From an uncultured virus (IMG/VR IMGVR_UViG_3300035181_002093) (Duplodnaviria > Heunggongvirae > Uroviricota > Caudoviricetes), in IMG/VR virus record IMGVR_UViG_3300035181_002093, positions 1 through 64,000 of that record: a stretch of 64,000 bases of DNA, one strand, 5' to 3'. Each line of letters starts with the position of its first letter. The first letter of the stretch is position 1. Shown in pieces: positions 17,896-27,461 of this stretch. Under the pieces are notes generated by a model. It had not been told where the DNA came from. It saw only the letters and a list, made by a program, of their open reading frames with translations, and searched no databases. The position numbers and the translations under genes are program-made.

Positions 17896-20800
17896 ATGGC
17901 AGACCAGCAGTCGAACGACACCATCCGCCAGATGATGTCGGGCTTCTCGGCGATGCAATTCAACCTTGGATTGCTGCCGATGCCGCAAGCCCAAGCGATG
18001 GGCGGCGCGGGTCAGCAGTTCCAAGCACCACCCCCACCACCGCCCGTGATGCACCCCGGTGAGGCGGCACTCCAGGCGTTGCAACGCCACGACAACATGG
18101 TGCAGCAGACGCTGCAGGCTGCACAGGTCACGCGCTACCAGCCGCCACCGTCAGCTCCGACGCCGTCGGTGAGCGCGATGGTCGGCATGGGCGCGATGAA
18201 CCCCTTCATGGCACCGCCGGTCGGCGGCGGGTTCAGTGGCGGGAACGGCGGGGGCGGCTATGGAGGCGGTGGATTCGCAGGCGGCGGCGCGTTTGCTGGT
18301 GGCGGCTTCGCAGGCGGCGGCGCTCCGCGGATGCCTTCGATCTTCAACCCGTTCGCACCCACGATGCCGCAGGCACACTTCGCATCGCCTGCAATGCGCA
18401 ACTTGCAAATGATGCAACACGCGCAATCAAGCGCGATGAGTATGGCGGCAGGCGTCACCGAAGGCGTGATGGGTGTTGGCGGCAGTGTGATCGGCGGCGC
18501 ATTGGGGTCGGCACTGGGTCCGCTTGGCACGATGGCAGGGTCGTGGCTCGGCGGCAAGATTGGCGGAGCTGTGTCGGGCGTGATGACGGGCAACGTCACA
18601 CAGGACTTTGCACGTGGACGACAGATTCAGCAGATGACGTCACCGTTCATGGTGTCAGGTTCGAACTTGAACATGATGACGGGTCAAGGGATGGACCCGA
18701 CAGCGGCACGTCAGACTGCGACAGGTCTCCGACACATGCAGCGTGACTATGACTTCGAGCGCACGGGGTTCAACTCCCAGGACGCGATGAAGATCATGCA
18801 GCTATCCGGGCAGCAAGGACTCCTGACGGGCGCGCAGTCACCGGACCAGCTCGTTGCGAAGGTCAAGGAGATCTCCAAGGCGGTCAAGGTGCTGATGAAG
18901 ATCACCGGCGACCCGGATGTGCGTGACGCCATCCATTCGCTCGGCGAGATGCGGACGATGGGCTTCCAAGGCCTCGCGGCGCAAGCAGGCGCTGTTGCGA
19001 ACCGTGCGGCGTTCGCACGCATGGCCGGTGTTTCCCAGGCGGAGATGGGTCAGTACGGTCAGATGGGCGCAGGCATGGCCCAACAGATGGGCCTTGCAGG
19101 TGCGACGGGTGTGATGGCGGGACAGGCAGGCGCAGGTCTAGCAAACATCGCGGGGTCGACGGGAGCGCTCAACGATCTGCAGATGGCGCGCGCTGGCGGT
19201 CACCAAGGCGTCGCACAGATCCTGGCGAAGGCGCAGCTCGGTGCGATGGACGACGGTCGTTACCTCGCGGCGTCACTCACACGGGACAAACACGGCGCAC
19301 TGACCGTCGATCCGAACCTCTATCGGCGCGCACAGGGCCTTTCGATGCAGGAGGTCTCGCAGATGGCGGCGACCAAGCGGCGCGAGATCGGCGTCTCGGG
19401 CAACCTCGAGTTCGCCAACCGCACCCAGGAGTTCACGGACCAGATCGCTCAGAAGCTCAGCCCGCTCGAGATGCAGCTGATGTCGTACCGCCAAGCGCAG
19501 GCGCTCCAGCAGAAGATCGGCCATGGTGCGGACCTCGCGGTAGGCTTCCGTGCGATGGGGATGTCGGAGACCGAATCGCGCACGATGGCGAAGATGGGTG
19601 AGAGCCGTGAGTTCTGGGACGCACAGGTCGATCAGCTCAAGGTCCGTCGTCGCGATGCCGCCGATGAAGATCGTGCGCGTCGCGAGCAGTACCGGACGCC
19701 TGGGCTCGGTACGCGAGCACGCCGTGCGATCGGGCGGTTTGGTGCGGGCGTGAGTGAGGCCATCTCATCACCCTTCCGGTCGATCTCGGAACACTTCGAG
19801 CGGGTTCACGAAGACGAGGCGGCTGCAGGGCGCGGCGAGCTTATCGATCGCTACAGCGAAGGTGAGATGGCGCGTACCGAAGGCGAACGTGGCATGGCAC
19901 GAGCGGGCCTCCGTCGCTTCGGACGACAATACGGCGAAGGCGCTGGCGAGAGCCCCATGGACCGTATCGGCACGACCCAGGGTCTTGGCGGGCACGCGGA
20001 CCGGCAGATGAACCGCATGGTTAGCTGGCTTGGCCTCACGGGCGAGAGTGATGAGAACCGGTTCGTCGAGATCGCAAGCCATTCACGGGGCAGCTTCGGC
20101 GGCTGGCACCCGTTTGCGTCGTTCGGCAACGTCGGCGACGCCGTTACACGCGTGCGTGACGTGAGCGAGGCGGGTCAAGCGGTCACACGCGGTGAGGCGA
20201 TGACGCGCGAGAAGGCGATGGCAGCCTACTCCGAGCTTCAGACCTCGGGGCAAGACACCCAACACAAGGACTTCAACGTACACAAGGGCCTGCAGGCGGC
20301 TGTGACCACGTTGCGTTCGAGCCTCGACGATCTGAAGGCTAGCGGTGTAGACAGTGCGTCGGCGGTAGGCGCTAGCGAACTACGTAAAGCGGGCATCGAG
20401 ATGTACAAGTCGCAGGGCTTTTCCGATAGCGACGCGGCGCAGAAGTACGAGGCCAACAAGCCCACCGTCAACGCCATGCTGACGCGTGAGATCATGCGCG
20501 GCGGTAACAAGGGCCACATCGAAACACTGATGAAGGCAAAGGACGTGCAAGAGGCGATCGGCGGTGTGGACTGGAAGCGCTCTCGAGAAGGTCACGAGAA
20601 GGCTATCAAGGCGCTGTACCGCAAGGCCGGACTCACGGGTACCAAGTACGGGTGGTTCAACAAGACCTCTGAGGAAATCTCCATCGACGAGAAGACGCGG
20701 GCGAGTCTGAAGGCGACGTTCGGTGCGGCAGACGTTGAGCGTGACAAGGACGGCAACCTCGCCAAGCGCGGCAAGGACATGCTTACACTTGCGGCTGCGT

Positions 20801-21522
20801 ACGCCACCGTTGCAGCCAATTCGACCCCGGCAGAGAAAGACAAGGCCAACGCGATCATCACGGCCATGCAAGGGGAATACGGTGACAAGTTCAGCGCACT
20901 CAAAGAAGACGCTGAAGAGAAGATGGGCCATATGGATGAGGACACGCGTAAAGCCCTCATCAAGACCGTGACGACAGGCGCGAGTCCGAAGGAAGCGGGA
21001 GAAGGCGTCGAAGCAATCGAAGGCGCGCTGGAGATGACGCTCGAAGGTGCCACCCAGAAGAAGTTCCTCCAGACATTGTCGGAGAAGGTGGGGGACAAGG
21101 GGCTTGCTGACGCTAAGTTCGCGGTCGACGCCGTCGAAGGGTTGACGGACACGCAGATGAAAAACCTCGAAGACACATCTCCGGCGCTCCACAAGAAGCT
21201 GCTGGCGGCGAGGGCCAAGCCCAAGGGTGCTGATCGAGACGCAGCAATCCAGAAAGTCATCTCGGAAGTTGGTGGCGTCACCAAGACAAAAGAGATCTCC
21301 GGCGGCGGCACCGACCGCTCCGCACAGGCTATCGACGATCAGATCTCCGCAGTCGAGGAGATGCGTGACAAGGTTGCCAAGGGCGACGCCAGCTCGTCGG
21401 ACATCGGACAACTCACGGCGGACAGCACGGTGTTGTTCTCGTCGTCGGTGAAGGACTTCCAAGAGTCGGTCACCACCCTCAAGCAAGTACTCAACAACTC
21501 CAGCCAACAGTCGAGATTTTAG
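17896..21522 (+). CDS. Tape measure protein (putative)
   Basis: 1208 aa, Ala/Gly/Met/Gln-rich and helical, GxxxG stretch; follows the chaperone pair. Confidence 0.7.
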   Translation: MADQQSNDTIRQMMSGFSAMQFNLGLLPMPQAQAMGGAGQQFQAPPPPPPVMHPGEAALQALQRHDNMVQQTLQAAQVTRYQPPPSAPTPSVSAMVGMGAMNPFMAPPVGGGFSGGNGGGGYGGGGFAGGGAFAGGGFAGGGAPRMPSIFNPFAPTMPQAHFASPAMRNLQMMQHAQSSAMSMAAGVTEGVMGVGGSVIGGALGSALGPLGTMAGSWLGGKIGGAVSGVMTGNVTQDFARGRQIQQMTSPFMVSGSNLNMMTGQGMDPTAARQTATGLRHMQRDYDFERTGFNSQDAMKIMQLSGQQGLLTGAQSPDQLVAKVKEISKAVKVLMKITGDPDVRDAIHSLGEMRTMGFQGLAAQAGAVANRAAFARMAGVSQAEMGQYGQMGAGMAQQMGLAGATGVMAGQAGAGLANIAGSTGALNDLQMARAGGHQGVAQILAKAQLGAMDDGRYLAASLTRDKHGALTVDPNLYRRAQGLSMQEVSQMAATKRREIGVSGNLEFANRTQEFTDQIAQKLSPLEMQLMSYRQAQALQQKIGHGADLAVGFRAMGMSETESRTMAKMGESREFWDAQVDQLKVRRRDAADEDRARREQYRTPGLGTRARRAIGRFGAGVSEAISSPFRSISEHFERVHEDEAAAGRGELIDRYSEGEMARTEGERGMARAGLRRFGRQYGEGAGESPMDRIGTTQGLGGHADRQMNRMVSWLGLTGESDENRFVEIASHSRGSFGGWHPFASFGNVGDAVTRVRDVSEAGQAVTRGEAMTREKAMAAYSELQTSGQDTQHKDFNVHKGLQAAVTTLRSSLDDLKASGVDSASAVGASELRKAGIEMYKSQGFSDSDAAQKYEANKPTVNAMLTREIMRGGNKGHIETLMKAKDVQEAIGGVDWKRSREGHEKAIKALYRKAGLTGTKYGWFNKTSEEISIDEKTRASLKATFGAADVERDKDGNLAKRGKDMLTLAAAYATVAANSTPAEKDKANAIITAMQGEYGDKFSALKEDAEEKMGHMDEDTRKALIKTVTTGASPKEAGEGVEAIEGALEMTLEGATQKKFLQTLSEKVGDKGLADAKFAVDAVEGLTDTQMKNLEDTSPALHKKLLAARAKPKGADRDAAIQKVISEVGGVTKTKEISGGGTDRSAQAIDDQISAVEEMRDKVAKGDASSSDIGQLTADSTVLFSSSVKDFQESVTTLKQVLNNSSQQSRF

Positions 21523-21524
21523 CC

Positions 21525-22646
21525 ATGGCCAACCCACTTGATTTCGGTCTGTTCGAACCTGCGAACAACAAGGGGCAGGACGTCTCGACGCTAGACGGGA
21601 CGCTGTTTGCGGTGCTCTCGCAAGGGCGAGTCAACGCGGTGACGGCAGCAGCGTCCAAGCCGGACATGTACAACCGCGGCCAGCAAGGCGTCTTCGGGGC
21701 GAACCCGTTGATGACGCCGAAGTACGCGCGGAACGACGGCAGGCTGCGTGACGCGGAGTTCCGCGACACGATGGCGCGGCTGTACATCTCGCTTGCCGAC
21801 GCAGGCAACCCGGCCATCGACGCCTACCTTGCGAGCCTGCCCAACCAGGAGACGAAAGCGCTCGCGCAGGTCCTGCTCTCGAGCGGGAAGGGCGGCTCCG
21901 CAGGTACCGGCTTCATCGACTTCTTCTTGACGTCAGCCAACGAGTCGTTCCAAGAAGTGATGCAGGTCGACAAGGTTCTCGCAGACGACTACGTCGCGTT
22001 CTACTACGGACAAAGCCCGCCGATGTTCCAGTACTCGGGCGTCCTGCTCAACTCGATGCAGGACGATCACCGCTCGGGATTCGCCCGCGCGTACCTCGAG
22101 CTGCTCCGAGGCACACAGCTCGCACGTCGCGGTGCTCTTGCCCGCCTGCGCTACGACTCCGTCATCGTGTCCGGCACGATGAACGCGCACCAACAAGTTC
22201 TGGTGGCTGACAACGAGCTGGCTGTTCAGTTCTCGTTCTCCTTCCTCGTGAAGGAGTACGTCATCCTGCCCAACGCCAAGTTCACCAAGATGCGTCCCGA
22301 GCAATACGTGCAGCTCGCCGCGCAGGCGGAGATCGCCAAGCTGGCGCCGACGGGCGTAGCCAACGACCAGCGTGTGCGCACGGTCTCGGTGACACCGCCC
22401 ATCCCTGCAGGTCAGTCAGCCGCAGGCACTCCCGCACCCACGACTGTGATCGACACGAGCCAGAACTCGATGGTGCAAACGGACGGCGCGGCTGCACAGT
22501 ACCGCCCGGGCTTGGACCCAACGGCGAACACCAAGGGCACGATTCAAACGCCGGCCCCAGCACCGCAGCAATCCTTCGCAACGATCAACCCGGCCAACAA
22601 CGTCTTGACGCCCACGCCCAACTCCTCTTTCCGCACGGTGCCGTGA
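21525..22646 (+). CDS. Virion tail/baseplate protein
   Basis: Position after the tape measure; beta-rich core with Pro/Thr-rich tail. Confidence 0.55.
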   Translation: MANPLDFGLFEPANNKGQDVSTLDGTLFAVLSQGRVNAVTAAASKPDMYNRGQQGVFGANPLMTPKYARNDGRLRDAEFRDTMARLYISLADAGNPAIDAYLASLPNQETKALAQVLLSSGKGGSAGTGFIDFFLTSANESFQEVMQVDKVLADDYVAFYYGQSPPMFQYSGVLLNSMQDDHRSGFARAYLELLRGTQLARRGALARLRYDSVIVSGTMNAHQQVLVADNELAVQFSFSFLVKEYVILPNAKFTKMRPEQYVQLAAQAEIAKLAPTGVANDQRVRTVSVTPPIPAGQSAAGTPAPTTVIDTSQNSMVQTDGAAAQYRPGLDPTANTKGTIQTPAPAPQQSFATINPANNVLTPTPNSSFRTVP

Positions 22647-22649
22647 CCC

Positions 22650-23093
22650 ATGACCACCTGTTGGAACGGAACCGCGTCCCTCTTCGAGAAGCAGCTCCTG
22701 TTGCCGCTTCCGTCCTACCCGCTCGAGCAACTGCGGCAGCGGTTCTTGTATGCCGTCGTGGATCCGAACGACCTGAAGAAAGGCGCACGGATCGTCTTTC
22801 AGATGGCCTTCGAGACCGAACTCAGCGCGGTGCTGAACAAACTGATCACGCTTCCTGCAGACGTTCCTGAGTCGAACGTGTGTGAGCGTCGTCGCTTTCT
22901 TGACATCGATGGAAGCATGCGTTTGCAGCGCTACTTGATCGGGCCCGCAATCGATGCGCTCGGTGAGGTCCCCGCTATTCCACAGTCTTATGTCGAATTG
23001 ATCCGGCTCTACGCAATGGCGCCATATCCTCGATACCGTACGTGCGCGTTGGCCGCGACCGTGTGTCTCGCAACCCAGATGTTGATCGCATGA
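22650..23093 (+). CDS. Hypothetical protein in tail module
   Basis: 147 aa; ATGA coupling to the next gene. Confidence 0.6.
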   Translation: MTTCWNGTASLFEKQLLLPLPSYPLEQLRQRFLYAVVDPNDLKKGARIVFQMAFETELSAVLNKLITLPADVPESNVCERRRFLDIDGSMRLQRYLIGPAIDALGEVPAIPQSYVELIRLYAMAPYPRYRTCALAATVCLATQMLIA

Positions 23094-26000
23094 CCACTGC
23101 TTCCAAGACCACGTTCTCTGCCAGTGCGCCGCGTCAGGCTGCATTCATCGTCTATATCAACGGCATCGAAGTGCCGGCGAAGTCCGTCTCGATGCGTTAT
23201 GGCGTCTGGCAAGTCCCCGAGATGCAGATCGAGATGACCGCAGACCCGACGTTGACGCGTCTCGGGGCTGAAGACCGTGTGCAGGTCGCTGTGTTCTACC
23301 TCGATGACTGTGACGTCGTACCCGGCGTCGCGCCGGCGTTCCGTCTGTTCGGCGAAGGGGAGATCACCGGGTGGGGCTACCGCAACACTGGTGCAGGCCG
23401 GTCGATCATGTTCACAGCCGTGAACCAGATTGCAATCTACACACAGCTGACGGTTCACTTCCTGAACACGTTCGATGATCTCGTTGGAGATGCGACCAAC
23501 CCCGCCCAGGGCGTCACCAACCTGTCGACGCCCTCCTCACACCTGGTCTATCCCCTCGCGCTGTTCACCCAAGGGTTGCTCGAGGTCGGAGACGCGAAGG
23601 TCGACTTCATCAAGCGCCCCTTTGACTTCCTCTACAACACCGTGCGCGGAATGCTCGACGTGCGCGTCCCCGCCGATCACCAAGCCATCCCCGCATCCAA
23701 CTTCTTTGCACGCTGGGCACGGCTGACCAACTTCCTCAACAAGTTCGTCGCGTCGCCGTTCTTCGACGAAGTTTCTGCGTTCAGCGACAACATCTTCCCC
23801 GCGCTCAAGGCGATTCAAAGCGTCTCGGCCGTCAGCACGATCGTCAAGAACCTCATCCCTCCGGTTCAAAACGCAGGCTCGATCTGGGACATGCTCGAGA
23901 CCGTCATTCAGACGCTCTTGACCGAGATCGCGATGATCCCGTCGATGCCGCTGGTCACCGTCGACCTGGCAACGAGCCTCATCCAGCCCACGAACTTCAA
24001 CGAGCACACGCTCGCCCCGGCACCCGGCTGGACGGACCAACTTCTCACGGTCACCGGGAACCAGCTTCGTACGTTCGATGGCACGTTGATCACGGGCCTC
24101 GTGAACGGTCACCAGATCGCGCTCGTCAACGGTGTTGCCATCGACAGCGTCACGAAGGCGCCGATCAAGTACGGAGACACGCTCGAGAGCGCGACGGCCA
24201 AGGCGAACGCGAAGAAGTGGGTCCCGACGCTGAGCCTCGACAGCCGCAAGACCAAGCCCAAGCGCATCCCCAACTACTTCGTCAAGCCACAGAGCTTGTT
24301 CAGCATCCCGCCAGCGTGCAACACCGTCTTCCCGTCACAGCTCCTCAACATGACGTACGAGGAGAACTATGCGACGCAGCCCACGCGCCTCTACTTCAAT
24401 GACGGCACCGTCAACCGGCTCCTGAACACGCAGGGCGCCGCGATGAAGCAGACCATCCTGGATGCGCTGGCCATCGGATACCCCGAGGAGGTCGACCTCT
24501 ACGAGAAGGAGCGTCACGCGTCCCCCGCCTACAACTCGAAGAACTTCCTCCTCTACCCCGAGGAGTTCTTCAAGGGTCCGGTGATGGACCGTCGCGACAT
24601 CCCGCCGTGGATGTTCTTCCTGAGTGCCCAGGAGAACCACATCAACCCAACACCTGTGGGCGGGATTCCTCCAACACCGCCAGCGCCGGCGCAGACCGGG
24701 GCAACGCCCGCACCGCAGCCACACTTCCCGACGCCTGCGATTCGAACGCCTGGCGAGACGGCCAACACCAACCCGACGCTGCCGCTACCGGGACGTTGGG
24801 TGTGGCCCGTCGCGATGTTCGAAGGACGGAAGCCGGTTATCGGGCACGAGTTTGACCCGACACCCGGCAAAGAACGTGGTGTGGTTCACCCCGGGCTCGA
24901 CCTTTTTTTCGAACACAAAGCGACAGACCCGTGGACGAAGAATACGCCCAATCGGTCCAAGGGTGGCGGCTTCGTCATGCCCAACGGCGTGACCGTCGTG
25001 GCAGCACATGATGGTGTTGTATGGTCTGCTGGTCAAACGCCGGTCGGTTACACGATTGTTATCGACCACGGTCCGTTGAAGTGCTGCACGTACTATACAC
25101 ACATGTCTTCCATGTATATGGAGCCCACGCAAAGGGCTGCATCGGGACAGCGTGTCACCGCAGGTACACCACTCGGGATCGTCGGGTACTCCCCACGCGA
25201 CGAAGCCAAGTTGATGCACTTGCACTTCGAACTCTGGTTTCCGGGACCTACCAACTTCGTTAATCCTGCGCCCTACATGAAGGCGGGCCCGTGGGAGTAT
25301 GTGACCGCGGGGCAAGCATTGCCTCCTGCAGCGCCTGCGCCTGCAACACCACAAGCCGCAACATCCAACCAACCGGCACCGGCAGCTCCGACACCCCCGA
25401 CGCCGACGCCTGCAGCCTTCGACGCCACGCAGACGGATACCGACACCGTCTACAAGCTCTACGCGAAGTTCGAGTACTTCCGCGAACGCTACGCCAAGCG
25501 AACGGGTTCCGCTTCCATCTCGTGGAACCCCTACGTCGTCCCCGGCTTTCCAGCGGTGATTCTGGATCAACGCGCGTCTCGCGTGGACCTGTTCGTCTAC
25601 GTCACGACGGTTCAGCAGTCGATGTCACACGACGGTCGGCGCGGCACTACGCTCTCCTTCTCTTACGGACGTCAGATTCAGGAGATGTTTCAACTCTTGA
25701 ACGAAGAGTTCTCGAGGAATGACGCGACAGCGCGCGGCGCAGCGCCTGAAGAACCCATTCGCGACGTCAGCAAGATCCTGCAGTCGTTTCCCAAGGCCGA
25801 GGCCTACTACCAGAACTTGTTCTACGGGGCCCAGCCGCTCTACGGTAAGGACGCATCCTTCGACTTCCGGAAGATCTTGGCATTCGCTGCCAAGGTCCCC
25901 GGCGCATCACCCGAACCTATCTACGTCAACGGGCCGGACGCCGCGACGGATGACGCTGTAGTGCAAGCGACACAGGACTACGCGACACTGCTAGCCAAAC

Positions 26001-26704
26001 GGACCCCGTTGGCCATACAGGTCACGACGCTACAAACGCAGATTGATGTTCATCTAGGAATCATCAAACAGAACACGTCTTCGTTTGGTGCGTCGTCTAC
26101 CACGCTGAACTCGCCGTTGGACGACAATCTCAATCCCAATGCACTGCAGTCTCTGGTCAAGGAAATCTCGACCGCGGAAGCGGAAGCGGCTATCGCAACA
26201 CTCACACCACCGTTGACGATCGCCAAGGCGGCGCTGGCAGACCTTGACGCACAGATTTTGTCTGTGTTGGCCATCAAGAACCAAACGTCGGTCGGCTCTG
26301 TGACACGCGTGGCCCATAACCTGGGCGGAAACAACGCTAACCGAGAGCTAGTTCCAACCGCGTTCTCTAGCGCCTGTTTCGAGAGTCGAGACGCAGCCAT
26401 GCGCTACAACTGGCGGCCTATCTGCACGCTCGATGAATACATCGTGTTCTACAACTCCGCAGGTGAGGGAGAGGTCCCCGCATTCGGGCATGCACATAGC
26501 GTGGGCGCACGGTACTTCTCGCGCATCCGCCGCATCGTGTATCAGGACCTCCCGGACGCAGTGCCGCCCAACATCACGGGGCTCGACTCACCTGCGGTGA
26601 CGGGGCTGACCTCGACCAGCTTCTCCCAATCCCGAAGCGATTGGGACGCGATCCTTCTGGCCTATCGCAACAACGTCTTGGCCATCAAGACACCGAGAAC
26701 CTAG
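23090..26704 (+). CDS. Baseplate hub-like protein with internal M23 peptidase
   Basis: VYINGIEVP N-terminus and WNPYVVPGFP hub-like segment; M23 motifs HPGLD, AAHDGVV, YTHM, HLHFE between Pro-rich linkers. Confidence 0.75.
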   Translation: MTTASKTTFSASAPRQAAFIVYINGIEVPAKSVSMRYGVWQVPEMQIEMTADPTLTRLGAEDRVQVAVFYLDDCDVVPGVAPAFRLFGEGEITGWGYRNTGAGRSIMFTAVNQIAIYTQLTVHFLNTFDDLVGDATNPAQGVTNLSTPSSHLVYPLALFTQGLLEVGDAKVDFIKRPFDFLYNTVRGMLDVRVPADHQAIPASNFFARWARLTNFLNKFVASPFFDEVSAFSDNIFPALKAIQSVSAVSTIVKNLIPPVQNAGSIWDMLETVIQTLLTEIAMIPSMPLVTVDLATSLIQPTNFNEHTLAPAPGWTDQLLTVTGNQLRTFDGTLITGLVNGHQIALVNGVAIDSVTKAPIKYGDTLESATAKANAKKWVPTLSLDSRKTKPKRIPNYFVKPQSLFSIPPACNTVFPSQLLNMTYEENYATQPTRLYFNDGTVNRLLNTQGAAMKQTILDALAIGYPEEVDLYEKERHASPAYNSKNFLLYPEEFFKGPVMDRRDIPPWMFFLSAQENHINPTPVGGIPPTPPAPAQTGATPAPQPHFPTPAIRTPGETANTNPTLPLPGRWVWPVAMFEGRKPVIGHEFDPTPGKERGVVHPGLDLFFEHKATDPWTKNTPNRSKGGGFVMPNGVTVVAAHDGVVWSAGQTPVGYTIVIDHGPLKCCTYYTHMSSMYMEPTQRAASGQRVTAGTPLGIVGYSPRDEAKLMHLHFELWFPGPTNFVNPAPYMKAGPWEYVTAGQALPPAAPAPATPQAATSNQPAPAAPTPPTPTPAAFDATQTDTDTVYKLYAKFEYFRERYAKRTGSASISWNPYVVPGFPAVILDQRASRVDLFVYVTTVQQSMSHDGRRGTTLSFSYGRQIQEMFQLLNEEFSRNDATARGAAPEEPIRDVSKILQSFPKAEAYYQNLFYGAQPLYGKDASFDFRKILAFAAKVPGASPEPIYVNGPDAATDDAVVQATQDYATLLAKRTPLAIQVTTLQTQIDVHLGIIKQNTSSFGASSTTLNSPLDDNLNPNALQSLVKEISTAEAEAAIATLTPPLTIAKAALADLDAQILSVLAIKNQTSVGSVTRVAHNLGGNNANRELVPTAFSSACFESRDAAMRYNWRPICTLDEYIVFYNSAGEGEVPAFGHAHSVGARYFSRIRRIVYQDLPDAVPPNITGLDSPAVTGLTSTSFSQSRSDWDAILLAYRNNVLAIKTPRT

Positions 26705-26708
26705 TACC

Positions 26709-27461
26709 ATGCGACCCATGCCGAACACGCTCGCCCGTTTTGCGAAGTTGGCTGCCACGAGCCGCCAAACGCAGGACATCGACGCGTGGCACGCGTGGAA
26801 GAAGAGCCCGACGGATGCGAACGCCAGCGCGCTCCTCGCGCAGGTCAACCCGCTCATCCACCGTGAAGCCAACAAGTGGGCAGGTACCCTCGCACGGCCG
26901 TTGCTCGAGTCGGAGGGTAAGCGCCTCGCGATGGAGGCGTTCCACAGCTACGACCCGAACAAGGGTGCGGCGCTTGGCACACACGTCGTCAACCAGCTCC
27001 AGCGGCTGTCTCGGCTCAGCTACGCGAACCAGAACGTCGCACGGCTACCCGAGAACAAGATGTTGCTCTACCACAGCTACAACGTCGCCCACTCGGATCT
27101 GGCGGATGCCCTCGGACGCGCACCGACGACGGACGAGCTGGCGGATCAACTCGGGTGGCCGATGCATCGCGTCGAGGAGTACCGCAAGTCGATCGGACGC
27201 AAGGAGCTGCTCGAGTCGGGTGGGCTCTTCGAGACGGGCGACGCAGGGCTCTACGATGCGGACAAGCAAGAGCACGTCGTCGACTTCATCCACCACGACT
27301 TGTCTCCACAGCAGAAGGCAATCTTCGAACACCTGACGGGGTACGGGGGTGCTGAGCAACTCTCGAATCAAGAGATCCAGAAGAAGCTCAACATGACGCA
27401 GGGCCAATACAGCTACGCCAAGGCGAAGCTCATCGAGCACGTGGAGAAGGTCCATGGCTAA
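26709..27461 (+). CDS. Sigma-70 family factor (FliA/SigF-like architecture)
   Basis: Region 2 EAFHSYDPNKGAALGTHV, region 3 LGRAPTTDELADQLGW, region 4 LSPQQKAIF...LSNQEIQKKLNMT. Confidence 0.8.
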   Translation: MRPMPNTLARFAKLAATSRQTQDIDAWHAWKKSPTDANASALLAQVNPLIHREANKWAGTLARPLLESEGKRLAMEAFHSYDPNKGAALGTHVVNQLQRLSRLSYANQNVARLPENKMLLYHSYNVAHSDLADALGRAPTTDELADQLGWPMHRVEEYRKSIGRKELLESGGLFETGDAGLYDADKQEHVVDFIHHDLSPQQKAIFEHLTGYGGAEQLSNQEIQKKLNMTQGQYSYAKAKLIEHVEKVHG

